From assembly GCA_009844425.1 (NCBI GenBank), contig VYBN01000033.1:72550-136549 (forward strand): 64,000 nt of DNA. The letters run 5' to 3'. Positions 43,148 through 51,751 of this stretch are shown here, piece by piece. The position numbers were made by a program, and so were the translations under genes. Each line of letters opens with the position of its first letter. Position 1 is the stretch's first letter. The notes under the pieces were generated by a model, which was given only the letters and a program-made list of their open reading frames with translations, made no database searches and had not been told where the DNA came from. Origin of the DNA: Gammaproteobacteria bacterium (lineage in GTDB: Bacteria; Pseudomonadota; Gammaproteobacteria; Steroidobacterales; Foliamicaceae).

Positions 43148-45013
43148 GTGGTGAACCCGTCGGACACGGCACTGGACCCAGCCCGAAACCTTCTCCGCAC
43201 GGTATTCGGGTATCCGGCCTTTCGGCCGGACCAGGAAGAGATCATCCGCGCGGTCCTGCGCGGGCGCGATGCGCTGGTGCTGATGCCCACCGGCGGGGGC
43301 AAGTCGCTCTGCTACCAGATTCCGGCGATCCTGCGCCCCGGGACCGGCGTCGTGATTTCGCCGCTGATCGCACTGATGCAGGACCAGGTGTCCGCCCTGC
43401 GCCAGCATGGCGTTGCCGCCGCCTTCCTGAACTCCAGTCTTCCCTATGAAGAGCAGCAGCGCATCATGGCGGCGCTGCGCAGAGGCGAGCTGGACTTGCT
43501 GTACCTGGCGCCGGAAAGGCTGCTCAGCGAAGAGGGCGGAACGCTGGCCCTGTTGCGCGGGATCGAGATCGCATTGATCGCTATCGACGAAGCGCATTGC
43601 GTATCGCAGTGGGGGCATGACTTCCGCCAGGACTACCTTGGGCTGGACGTGCTCAAGGAACACTTTCCGGGAACGCCGCGCCTGGCGCTGACCGCGACGG
43701 CGGACGAGGCCACGCGCGAGGAGATCGTCGCGCGGCTGAAGCTGAACGGCGCCGAGCGGTTCATCAGCGGTTTCGACCGGCCGAATATCCGCTACACGGT
43801 GCGCATGAAGAACGGCCCGGGGGCGGACCTGTCGGCCTTCCTGCGGGAGCGCCACGGTCAGGCGGGCATCGTCTATTGCCTGTCGCGGCGCAAGGTCGAG
43901 GCCACGGCCGAGCGGCTCAGGCAGGCGGGGTTCGACGCCCTGCCGTACCACGCGGGCCTGTCCGCCCGGGCGCGGCGCCGCTGCCAGGAGCGGTTTCAGC
44001 GATCCGACGGCGTGATCGTGGTGGCCACCATCGCCTTCGGAATGGGGATCGACAAGCCCGACGTGCGCTTCGTCGCGCATTGCGACCTGCCCAAGAGCAT
44101 CGAAGCCTATTACCAGGAAACCGGGCGGGCCGGACGCGACGGCGAGCCGGCCGAGGCCTGGATGACCTACGGACTGCAGGACGTCGTTCGGCTGCGCCGG
44201 ATGGTCGACGAGTCGGAAGCCTCCGAGGACCACAAACGGGTGCAGCGCACGCGCCTGCAGGCGCTGGTCGCCTGGTGCGAGATCACCCGCTGCCGGCGCG
44301 CCGCCCTGCTGGCCTACTTCGGCGAGGACTACCCGGATCCCTGCGGCAACTGCGACAACTGCCTGCATCCGCCCAAAACCTTCGACGGCACCGAGGAAGC
44401 GCAAAAGTTCCTTTCCTGCGCGGTGCGCGCCCGGCAACGTTTCGGGGCCGCCCACCTGATTGACGTGCTGCGCGGCAAGGAAACCGACAAGGTCCTCAGG
44501 CATCGTCACCAGGACCTCTCCACCTTCGGCATCGGCAGCGATCTGTCGTCGCGCCAATGGCACGCCGTGGCCAGGCAGGTGGTTGCGCTGGGCTTCGCGC
44601 GGGTGGACGCCGAACGCCACGGCGCACTGGTGCTCACCCCCCGGGCGCGGCCGCTGTTGCGTGGGGAGCAATCCATCGAGTTGCGCGAAGAAGTGCGCCT
44701 GGCCCGGCCTGCGTCCGCCCGCAAGGAACGTCCGGCGGCCTGGGAAATCCCGGCGGAAGACGAGCCGCTGTGGCAGGCGCTCAAGGCCTGCCGGATGGCG
44801 CTGGCCGACGAGGCGCGCGTGCCGCCGTACGTGATCTTTCACGACGCCACGCTCAGGGAGTTCGTGCGCACCCGCCCGCGCAGCCGCGAGGCCATGCTTG
44901 AGTTGCACGGAGTGGGGCAGGCGAAGCTTGAGCGCTACGGCAGCGCGTTTCTCGAGGTCATCGCAACGCAGGCCGACACGAAACGCGGCGAATTGCCGGC
45001 GCAGGGCGCCTGA
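43148..45013 (+). CDS. recQ: DNA helicase RecQ
   Basis: [41 protein letters not shown], Zn motif [25 protein letters not shown]. Confidence 0.97.
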   Translation: MVNPSDTALDPARNLLRTVFGYPAFRPDQEEIIRAVLRGRDALVLMPTGGGKSLCYQIPAILRPGTGVVISPLIALMQDQVSALRQHGVAAAFLNSSLPYEEQQRIMAALRRGELDLLYLAPERLLSEEGGTLALLRGIEIALIAIDEAHCVSQWGHDFRQDYLGLDVLKEHFPGTPRLALTATADEATREEIVARLKLNGAERFISGFDRPNIRYTVRMKNGPGADLSAFLRERHGQAGIVYCLSRRKVEATAERLRQAGFDALPYHAGLSARARRRCQERFQRSDGVIVVATIAFGMGIDKPDVRFVAHCDLPKSIEAYYQETGRAGRDGEPAEAWMTYGLQDVVRLRRMVDESEASEDHKRVQRTRLQALVAWCEITRCRRAALLAYFGEDYPDPCGNCDNCLHPPKTFDGTEEAQKFLSCAVRARQRFGAAHLIDVLRGKETDKVLRHRHQDLSTFGIGSDLSSRQWHAVARQVVALGFARVDAERHGALVLTPRARPLLRGEQSIELREEVRLARPASARKERPAAWEIPAEDEPLWQALKACRMALADEARVPPYVIFHDATLREFVRTRPRSREAMLELHGVGQAKLERYGSAFLEVIATQADTKRGELPAQGA

Positions 45014-45079
45014 ACCTTCCGCCCGGGGCACGTTGCGCCGGGGTTCGAACCAGCGCCCGCTGCGTTATCCTTACGGCCA

Positions 45080-47293
45080 ATGATCATGCGCGGCGCGAAC
45101 TTGCGGACAGGAAAGATCCGACAGCGCAGAAGGTGGCTCCCGGTCCTGGGCGCCGTTCTGTGCATCCCGTTTGCGCAGGCAGTTCCGGTAAAGACCGACA
45201 ATACGCAGGTCGAACTGCTGGCGGAAACGTCCAGCATCCGATCCGGCGAAACCTTTACCCTGGGTCTGAAGCTCACTCCCGATCCGGGCTGGCACACGTA
45301 CTGGATCAATCCGGGCGACGCCGGCAAGGCGGCCAGCCTCCGCTGGGACGCGCCGGAAGGGCTTGAATTCGGCGAACTCGGATTCCCGGCGCCGGGATTC
45401 GTGCCCTTCATGGACCTGATGAGCTACGGCTACAACGAGCCTACCCTGCTGCTGCTGGAGGTCGCCCAGAAAGAGCCACTTTCCGGCGACCGGCTGTCGC
45501 TGAAGGCCCGGGCGTCGTGGCTGGTTTGCGACGACAAGCTTTGTATTCCGGAGCGGGCGGACCTGGAACTGGAAATTCCCATTGCCGGTGGCGATGCATC
45601 CGATGCCGTCGACGAAGAGTGGCGGGTTGCCGAATTTGCTCAGGCCCGGGCGCTGCTGCCGCAGGCGATGGACTGGCCGGCGGCATTCGTCCAGCGCGGC
45701 GAGGAACTGGTATTCGATATTTCCACGCCGCTGTCGCTTCAACAGGCGTCCGGCCTGTACCTGTTCCCCGAAGCGGAGGGAATGATTGACCATACCGCGG
45801 AGCAGCAGGTGGGTCTGTGGAGCGACCGCGTCCGGATAGCCGTGCCCACGGGACCACGCGTGGCGCGCTATGAAACGACCGGCCTGGTGCTGTCGGTGGA
45901 CATGGACAACGCGCCGCGCCAGGCGTTCAGCCTGACGGCAAGGCGCGCCGACGGGGGCGACGGGAGCATGGATGCGGCGCCGGTGGGATTCAGTTCAAGT
46001 CCCTGGGACGGCGGCGGGCATACCGTCGCAGGCGGCGCTCCGATGGAATCCGGCGGAGCGGCCGGGTTCGGCGGCGGCGCAACGTTCGGCGCGGGCCTGC
46101 TGCAGGCGATCGTTTTTGCCATCCTCGGCGGACTGATCCTCAACCTGATGCCCTGCGTGCTTCCGATACTGAGCCTCAAGGCGCTGGGAGTGGCGCGGAT
46201 GGCCGGGGAGGACCCGGCCGTGGCCCGCGGCGCCGGCCTGCAGTTTCTCACCGGGGTGCTGGTGAGTTTCCTGATCCTTGCGGCGCTGATCATCGGATTG
46301 CGCGCGGGCGGCGAAGCGGTGGGCTGGGCGTTTCACATGCAAAACCCGCTGATCGTGGCGATTCTCGCGCTGGTCATGGTGGCGGTGGGCCTGAACCTGC
46401 TCGGCGTGTTCGAAGTCAACTTCGGAGGGGGGGCATTGGGCGGCAAGGCCACGCAGGGCAGGGCCGGTGAGTTCTTCACCGGGGTCCTGGCGGTGCTGGT
46501 GGCCACGCCCTGCACCGCGCCCTTCATGGCGCCGGCGCTGGGTTATGCAATCCTGCAGCCGGCCACGGTCACGGTCAGCGTGTTCCTCGCGCTGGGACTG
46601 GGCTTTGCGCTGCCGTATTTCACGGTTGCTTTTCTACCCGGCGCTCAGCGGCTGCTGCCGCGGCCCGGGGCCTGGATGGTCAGTTTCCGCCAGGCGCTGG
46701 CGTTTCCGATGCTGGCGACGGCGATCTGGCTCTACTGGGTGCTGGGCAACCAGGCCGGCGTCGACGCGCTCACGCTGGCCCTGATTTCCGCCCTCGCCCT
46801 GGCGCTGGGGGCCTTCGGGTGGCGTCGCGGCGCCGGCGCCGGCTATTCGCGCCCCTGGCGAGCGGCCAGCATGGCGGGACTGGCGGTCGTGCTGCTCAGC
46901 CTCTGGACGCTCCCGCGGGCCGTCGTGGAGGTCGACGGCGCGCCGGAGACGTCGGACGAGATCGCCTACTCGGAAACCGTCCTGGAAGAGCTTCGCGCAC
47001 AGCGGGAACCGGTGTTCGCCTACTTCACCGCCGACTGGTGCATTACCTGCAAGGTGAACGAGCGCGTGGCGTTGAAGAGCGATGCGGTCCGGCAGTTCCT
47101 TTTGCGCGAAGGCGTGCAGGTGCTGGTGGGCGACTGGACCAACGAGGATCCCGAGATTACCGAGGTCCTGCAGCGCCATGGCCGAGCGGGCGTGCCGCTG
47201 TACCTCTATTTCAAGCCCGGTTCCGCCGAAGCGTTGGTCCTGCCGCAGATACTCACGCCGGACCTGGTGATCGACGCGATCGAAAACGCCTGA
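45080..47293 (+). CDS. DsbD-family protein-disulfide reductase (N-terminal Ig-like domain, TM domain, thioredoxin domain)
   Basis: GWHTYWINPGDAG, WLVCDDKLCIP, ILNLMPCVLPILSLK, ATPCTAPFM, FTADWCITCKVNE. Confidence 0.9.
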   Translation: MIMRGANLRTGKIRQRRRWLPVLGAVLCIPFAQAVPVKTDNTQVELLAETSSIRSGETFTLGLKLTPDPGWHTYWINPGDAGKAASLRWDAPEGLEFGELGFPAPGFVPFMDLMSYGYNEPTLLLLEVAQKEPLSGDRLSLKARASWLVCDDKLCIPERADLELEIPIAGGDASDAVDEEWRVAEFAQARALLPQAMDWPAAFVQRGEELVFDISTPLSLQQASGLYLFPEAEGMIDHTAEQQVGLWSDRVRIAVPTGPRVARYETTGLVLSVDMDNAPRQAFSLTARRADGGDGSMDAAPVGFSSSPWDGGGHTVAGGAPMESGGAAGFGGGATFGAGLLQAIVFAILGGLILNLMPCVLPILSLKALGVARMAGEDPAVARGAGLQFLTGVLVSFLILAALIIGLRAGGEAVGWAFHMQNPLIVAILALVMVAVGLNLLGVFEVNFGGGALGGKATQGRAGEFFTGVLAVLVATPCTAPFMAPALGYAILQPATVTVSVFLALGLGFALPYFTVAFLPGAQRLLPRPGAWMVSFRQALAFPMLATAIWLYWVLGNQAGVDALTLALISALALALGAFGWRRGAGAGYSRPWRAASMAGLAVVLLSLWTLPRAVVEVDGAPETSDEIAYSETVLEELRAQREPVFAYFTADWCITCKVNERVALKSDAVRQFLLREGVQVLVGDWTNEDPEITEVLQRHGRAGVPLYLYFKPGSAEALVLPQILTPDLVIDAIENA

Positions 47294-47320
47294 TCTCAAG
47301 GGCGTTCGACGGAGCCGGAC

Positions 47321-48511
47321 CTAGCTCCCGCCCTCCGGCGCGCCGAAGCGCTCCGCGAGCGCCTCGTCCAGTTTGCGGCCCCTCAGGTTCCTGGCCAGGA
47401 TACGGCCGGAGGCGGCTTCCACCAGGAAATTGGCGGGCACACCGGTAACGCCGTAGGCTTCGGTTGCCGGATGGTCGATGCCCATCCCGGCATTGATCCA
47501 GGGCAGGTCCTCTTCGTCGGACGCCTCCACCCAGTCCTCGCGCAGGTCGTCGACCGTGAACGAGAGGATCTCGAATCCCAGGGGCCCGTAGCGCGCATAG
47601 GCCTTCTTCATGTGCGGGATTTCCACCCGGCAGGGGCCGCACCAGGATGCCCAGAACTCCAGGAGAACGACGTCCTTGCCCTCGCGGGCGCCGGAAACGC
47701 TGACGATTTCCCCGTCCAACGTCTCGGCTTCGAAGTTCCTGACCTCGGAGCCTACGCCGAAACTTGCGGCCCGCGCCTGCTCGGCGGCATACGCCTCCTC
47801 AAGGGCAAGGCTCTCCGCCACCCACGGATCGTGCGGGATCATTTCCGCCAGTTGCCGAAGCGCATCCGTGATCCACGGACTCCGCAGCCAGGTGGACTGG
47901 ATCGTGAGCTTGCGCGCCAGGGGGTCCTCGTGTCCCAAAGCCACCCGGCGGCGACCCAGGCTCTCGAGCCGCAGCATTTCCTCGAACAATTCCGCGGCCC
48001 TGGTTTCCCGCGCCTGGCGGTCCGCGCGGGTCTCGCCCTCCACCGGCCGGTCCGCCCGGAGATAGTCGTCCCGCAAGCGCAGATACTCCGGCGACAGCCG
48101 CCAGGAATTGACCACGATGTCGTTGTAGCGTCCGCCCTGCACGACAAATTCCGTCCGGCTGTCCATGGTCAGCGTCAATTCGCCCGGCTCCAGCACGAAT
48201 GCATGCCCCTTGATCGATGCCAGTCGATATCCTTCCCTGCTGGTGGCGTTCAGTATTTCGAGAAACGCGTTGGCGGGCGCGTCCACGACGCCTTCAAGAA
48301 AGATCCTGCCGTCGACGATCCGCGCCCCCTCGACGATATTCCGTCCGTCCGCCGTCCACAAGGCGAACTCGCCGCTTTCGCAGACCGCCGAAAGGTCGCC
48401 GGCGATCGTATAGCGATTCGGGTCGCCCGCTTGTCCGGCGTCCTCGCCCGGCTGCATGCAGCCTGCAAGGGCCAGTGCGGCCAGTGTAGGGATCAGCCGG
48501 CGGGATTTCAT
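47321..48511 (-). CDS. TlpA/AhpC-TSA thiol-disulfide reductase lipoprotein with N-terminal DUF4369-like region
   Basis: Lipobox LAGC; LLEFWASWCGPCRVEIP; YGVTGVPANFLV..G.ILARNLRG. Confidence 0.85.
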   Translation of the reverse strand: MKSRRLIPTLAALALAGCMQPGEDAGQAGDPNRYTIAGDLSAVCESGEFALWTADGRNIVEGARIVDGRIFLEGVVDAPANAFLEILNATSREGYRLASIKGHAFVLEPGELTLTMDSRTEFVVQGGRYNDIVVNSWRLSPEYLRLRDDYLRADRPVEGETRADRQARETRAAELFEEMLRLESLGRRRVALGHEDPLARKLTIQSTWLRSPWITDALRQLAEMIPHDPWVAESLALEEAYAAEQARAASFGVGSEVRNFEAETLDGEIVSVSGAREGKDVVLLEFWASWCGPCRVEIPHMKKAYARYGPLGFEILSFTVDDLREDWVEASDEEDLPWINAGMGIDHPATEAYGVTGVPANFLVEAASGRILARNLRGRKLDEALAERFGAPEGGS

Positions 48512-48554
48512 TGTCGCGGCGCCCCGGCTGCTTCCGGGTGGAAGCCCACCCTCC

Positions 48555-49439
48555 CTACATGAAGTTCGCGCGGTACCAGTCGTTGACGTCGTCGCCGGTC
48601 GTGAACCACACGCCTTCGTGCTTCGCCATGTAGCGGAACGCGCGCGCCAGGTGCTTGAACTTGTTCGGCTGGCCCACCCAGAACGTGTGCAGGCAGATGG
48701 GCATGCAGCGGGCGTTGGTCGCGCCTTCCTCGTAGAGCACGTCGAACTGGTCGATGATCATGTCGCCGAACGCCTCGGAAGACACGCCCACGTTGCCGAA
48801 CGCCGGAATATCGTTCAGTTCCACCGTGTAGGGCACGGCGATCAGGTTGTTCTTCGGCGTGTTGAAGCGGAACGGGTGGTCGTCGGCGGTGTAATCGCAC
48901 AGGTACTCCACGCCGAACTCCTCGAGCAGGCGCGGCGTGTTGTCCGTGTGGGTCAGGAACGGACTCAGCCAGCCCTTGGTGGGCCGCCCGATCGTTTCCT
49001 CCATCGACGTCAGCACCGAACTCAGGATCTCGCGCTCGCGGTCCTCGTCGATATTGCTGATGAAGTTGGCTGGTGCGTTGTTGACGCCGTGCCCGATCCA
49101 GGCCCAGTTGCGCGCCATTCCTTCTTCGAGGATGCGCGGATACTCGCGGATGATTTCGGAATTCAGGCACACGGTCGCGCGGGCGTCGCACTCGTCGAGC
49201 AGGTCGGCCATGCGCCACAGCCCGACGCGGTTGCCGTAGTCCCGCCAGCCGTAGTTCAGCGGATCGGGATTGAATTGCTGGGTGCCCGGGACCAGCGCGG
49301 TGCCGGGGATGTCGGCCGGGAAATGCTCGATGTTCAGATACGGCATGACCGCTACGCGGGCGCCGTCGGGCAGCGTGAACGGCTCGCGGTCGATGATGGG
49401 CACGAAGTCGTAATGCCTGGATTGAGTCAGATTCGACAT
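48555..49439 (-). CDS. Polysaccharide-deacetylase (CE4) family amidohydrolase, PuuE-like
   Basis: LPDGARVAV, NIEHF, GWRDYGNRVGLWR, GHG, KGWLSP, DDHPF, PYTVELND, LHTFWVGQP. Confidence 0.85.
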   Translation of the reverse strand: MSNLTQSRHYDFVPIIDREPFTLPDGARVAVMPYLNIEHFPADIPGTALVPGTQQFNPDPLNYGWRDYGNRVGLWRMADLLDECDARATVCLNSEIIREYPRILEEGMARNWAWIGHGVNNAPANFISNIDEDREREILSSVLTSMEETIGRPTKGWLSPFLTHTDNTPRLLEEFGVEYLCDYTADDHPFRFNTPKNNLIAVPYTVELNDIPAFGNVGVSSEAFGDMIIDQFDVLYEEGATNARCMPICLHTFWVGQPNKFKHLARAFRYMAKHEGVWFTTGDDVNDWYRANFM

Positions 49440-49482
49440 GGGGGTCTCCTTTTTTGATTGCGGCCTTGAGCGACTGCGTGCG

Positions 49483-50112
49483 CTACAGACTGTGGAGGTA
49501 TTCGAGGGCTTCCGCCTTGGACACCACGTCGCCGTACTTGGCGTGGATGTCGAAAAGGTTGGCTTCGTGAGGCCCGTCGTGCCGGTCGCCGACGCATTCG
49601 CGAACCACGATCGGCCGGTAGCCATGCTGCACGGCGTCAACCGCGGAGGCGCGGATGCAACCCGAGGTGGTGCAGCCCAGAATGATGAGCGTGTCCGCGC
49701 CCCTGGCGGCCAGGATCGACGAGAGGCTGGTGCCGAAGAAACAGCTTGCGTAGTTCTTGGTCAGGACCGTTTCTCCCTCGGGCGGGGCCACCTCGTCGCA
49801 GAACTCGGCATACAGGTTGCCGGGCACCAGGTCCTTGAGCACCGGCGCCTTGAGCGTCCAGACGCCGCCGTCCTCGTAGTTGGTCGGGTTATAGAGCACC
49901 CGGGTATGGATCACCGGCACGCCCCCGGCGCGGGCCGCCTCGATGACGTCCGGCACCTCCTTCACGCAAGCCACGACGCCCGGCGCATACAGCGGCGAAC
50001 CTTCGGTCGTATAACCCTTGAGCAGGTCGATAACGATAACGACCGGTTTCTTGCCGAAGCCGAGACGATTGTCCCAGACGCCCGCGTAGTTCTTGTCGGC
50101 AGCTTGCGCCAT
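49483..50112 (-). CDS. Isochorismatase-family cysteine amidohydrolase (NicF / N-carbamoylsarcosine amidase-like)
   Basis: LGFGKKP, VID, TKNYASCFFGT, GCTTSGCIRASAVDA (Asp-Lys-Cys triad), HEANLFDIHAKYGDV. Confidence 0.87.
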   Translation of the reverse strand: MAQAADKNYAGVWDNRLGFGKKPVVIVIDLLKGYTTEGSPLYAPGVVACVKEVPDVIEAARAGGVPVIHTRVLYNPTNYEDGGVWTLKAPVLKDLVPGNLYAEFCDEVAPPEGETVLTKNYASCFFGTSLSSILAARGADTLIILGCTTSGCIRASAVDAVQHGYRPIVVRECVGDRHDGPHEANLFDIHAKYGDVVSKAEALEYLHSL

Positions 50113-50274
50113 GATGCTTTCCCCTTCGTTTGGCAGCTTGCAAATCGTTTCCCGATCGCCGTGGCGCCGAACGCTCTGGCGTCGCATTGGGCCCGGCTGC
50201 CGCGGCAGAGCCGAATGGTATCACCCGCCACGCGCGCGCGGCGCGCGGCGGGTTTCGGGTCTATCCGGTCTCCG

Positions 50275-50775
50275 TCACAGGACTTCCTCCAGCAGGCCCG
50301 TCCTGACGTTGTAGACGAAGCCGCGAATCTTGTCCTTTACGGGGATGAACGGGCATGCCTGGATGCGGCGAATCGACTGGCGCACGTTCTCCTCGAGGTG
50401 CGGAAACGACTCCAGCGCGAACGAGGGCCGAAGACCGGTGTCCGCTTCGATCCGGTCCTTTACGTCGTCATCGCGGAAAGTGAGCATCCCGCAGTCGGTG
50501 TGCTGGACGAGAATGATTTCCTCGGTGCCCAGCAGGCGCTGCGAAATCACCAGCGAGCGGAGCACGTCGTCGGTCACGACGCCTCCGGCGTTGCGGATCA
50601 CGTGCGCGTCGCCCTCGGAAAGGCCAAGCAGCCTCCCGGTCTCGATGCGGGCATCCATGCAGGCCACGACCGCGGCCTTGCGCCGCGGGGGAGCCGGCGT
50701 GTCGGCCTTGTCAAAATTCTCGGCGTAGCGCCTGTTGTTTTCGACGCAGAAGTCGGCAAATGTCTTGGCGCCCAT
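50275..50775 (-). CDS. Beta-class carbonic anhydrase, short clade-D type
   Basis: VACMDARI, GDAHVIRNAGG, RSLVISQRLLGT, HTDCGM, GFVYNVRTG.LEEV. Confidence 0.92.
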   Translation of the reverse strand: MGAKTFADFCVENNRRYAENFDKADTPAPPRRKAAVVACMDARIETGRLLGLSEGDAHVIRNAGGVVTDDVLRSLVISQRLLGTEEIILVQHTDCGMLTFRDDDVKDRIEADTGLRPSFALESFPHLEENVRQSIRRIQACPFIPVKDKIRGFVYNVRTGLLEEVL

Positions 50776-50859
50776 GCTGGATTTCGCTCAACGGGGTTGC
50801 AGGTAGTCGCGGGCGGCAGTTTACCGCATCCGAAAGGCGTCGCTCCTTGTGCTTCCTTC

Positions 50860-50958
50860 GCCCTTTGTTCGCCCCCCTCCCCGCTGGAGGCGCCATCCTG
50901 GCTCGATTCTCGCTGTCCTGCTTCAACGCTCCTGCGGGGAGGGGGACGAACGATGGGC
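50860..50958. repeat. ~100 bp imperfect inverted-repeat element A (REP/REPIN-like)
   Basis: GTTCGCCCCCCTCCCCGC (50867-50884) pairs with GCGGGGAGGGGGACGAAC (50934-50951), 1 mismatch; extended by GGAG/CTCC and GCCC/GGGC. Confidence 0.8.
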
Positions 50959-50992
50959 TTTAGCAGGCGCTGCGGGGATTGGCGGCAAGCAA

Positions 50993-51100
50993 GCCGCTAT
51001 CGTTGCTCCTTCCTCGTGGGAGTGGCGAGGGCAGGACGCCCTCGCCAAGCGTCAGGATGACTTTATGCGTCTCTCACGAGGAAGGAGCAACGATGGTGGC
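50993..51100. repeat. 108 bp inverted-repeat element B with nested hairpin (MITE/REPIN-like)
   Basis: 30 bp arms 50993-51022 / 51071-51100 (27 WC + 3 G:U pairs); inner perfect hairpin TGGCGAGGGC-AGGAC-GCCCTCGCCA 51023-51047. Confidence 0.85.
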
Positions 51101-51154
51101 GTATAGCAGCGCAATTCCTGCGGCGTTTTCCTGTATAATTTTCCGACTCGCGGT

Positions 51155-51231
51155 TGCGGGGTGGAGCAGTCAGGCAGCTCGTCGGGCTCATAACCCGAAG
51201 GTCACAGGTTCAAATCCTGTCCCCGCTACCA
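51155..51231 (+). tRNA. Initiator tRNA-fMet(CAT) (metY-like)
   Basis: TGCGGGG acceptor with unpaired 1:72, anticodon arm TCGGG-CTCATAA-CCCGA (three G:C pairs), T-arm ACAGG-TTCAAAT-CCTGT, ends ACCA; TATAAT at 51134-51139; precedes rimP-nusA-infB. Confidence 0.96.
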
Positions 51232-51247
51232 ATTTGGTTTTGCGATG

Positions 51248-51267
51248 GCCCCGCGAGGGGCTTTTTT
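51248..51267 (+). terminator. Intrinsic terminator/attenuator between tRNA-fMet and rimP
   Basis: GCCCC-GCGA-GGGGC followed by TTTTTT. Confidence 0.8.
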
Positions 51268-51271
51268 GTGC

Positions 51272-51748
51272 ATGGTGAACTTGATTCTGGACAGGCTGAA
51301 CGGACTGCTGGAGCCCTGCGTCGAAGCGATGGGGTACGAGCTGGCGGACCTGGAATTGAAGCGCGAGCGGCGCGGCCAGGTGCTGCGCCTGTTCATCGAC
51401 CAGGATTCGGGCATCGGTCTTGAAGACTGCGAGCGGGTGAGCGGCCAGGTCAGCGCGCTGCTCGACGTGGAAGACCCGATTCCGGGGCACTACAACCTGG
51501 AGGTGTCATCGCCCGGTCTCGACCGAAAGCTGGCGAAACCCGAGCATTTTGACCGCTTTGCGGGGCGCCGGGTGCAGGTGAGAATGCGCGGCCCGCATCT
51601 CGGCCGCAGGAATTTCGGCGGCACGCTGCTGGCGCGCGAAGGCGAGGTCATCGTGCTGGACGTTCCCGACGGCACCGGGCGGGTCGAGCTGGACCTCCGG
51701 GACGTCGTGGTGGCGAGACTGGCTACGGAAATTCACTTCGAGGACTGA
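51272..51748 (+). CDS. rimP: Ribosome maturation factor RimP
   Basis: LRLFID, LEDCERVS, LLDVEDPI, YNLEVSSPGLDR.L. Confidence 0.95.
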   Translation: MVNLILDRLNGLLEPCVEAMGYELADLELKRERRGQVLRLFIDQDSGIGLEDCERVSGQVSALLDVEDPIPGHYNLEVSSPGLDRKLAKPEHFDRFAGRRVQVRMRGPHLGRRNFGGTLLAREGEVIVLDVPDGTGRVELDLRDVVVARLATEIHFED

Positions 51749-51751
51749 CGG

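Noticed and set aside
45036..45056. tRNA T-arm-like GGTTCGAACC after recQ (possible tRNA fragment or att site)
   Set aside because: No acceptor, D or anticodon arms and no matching repeat or integrase nearby
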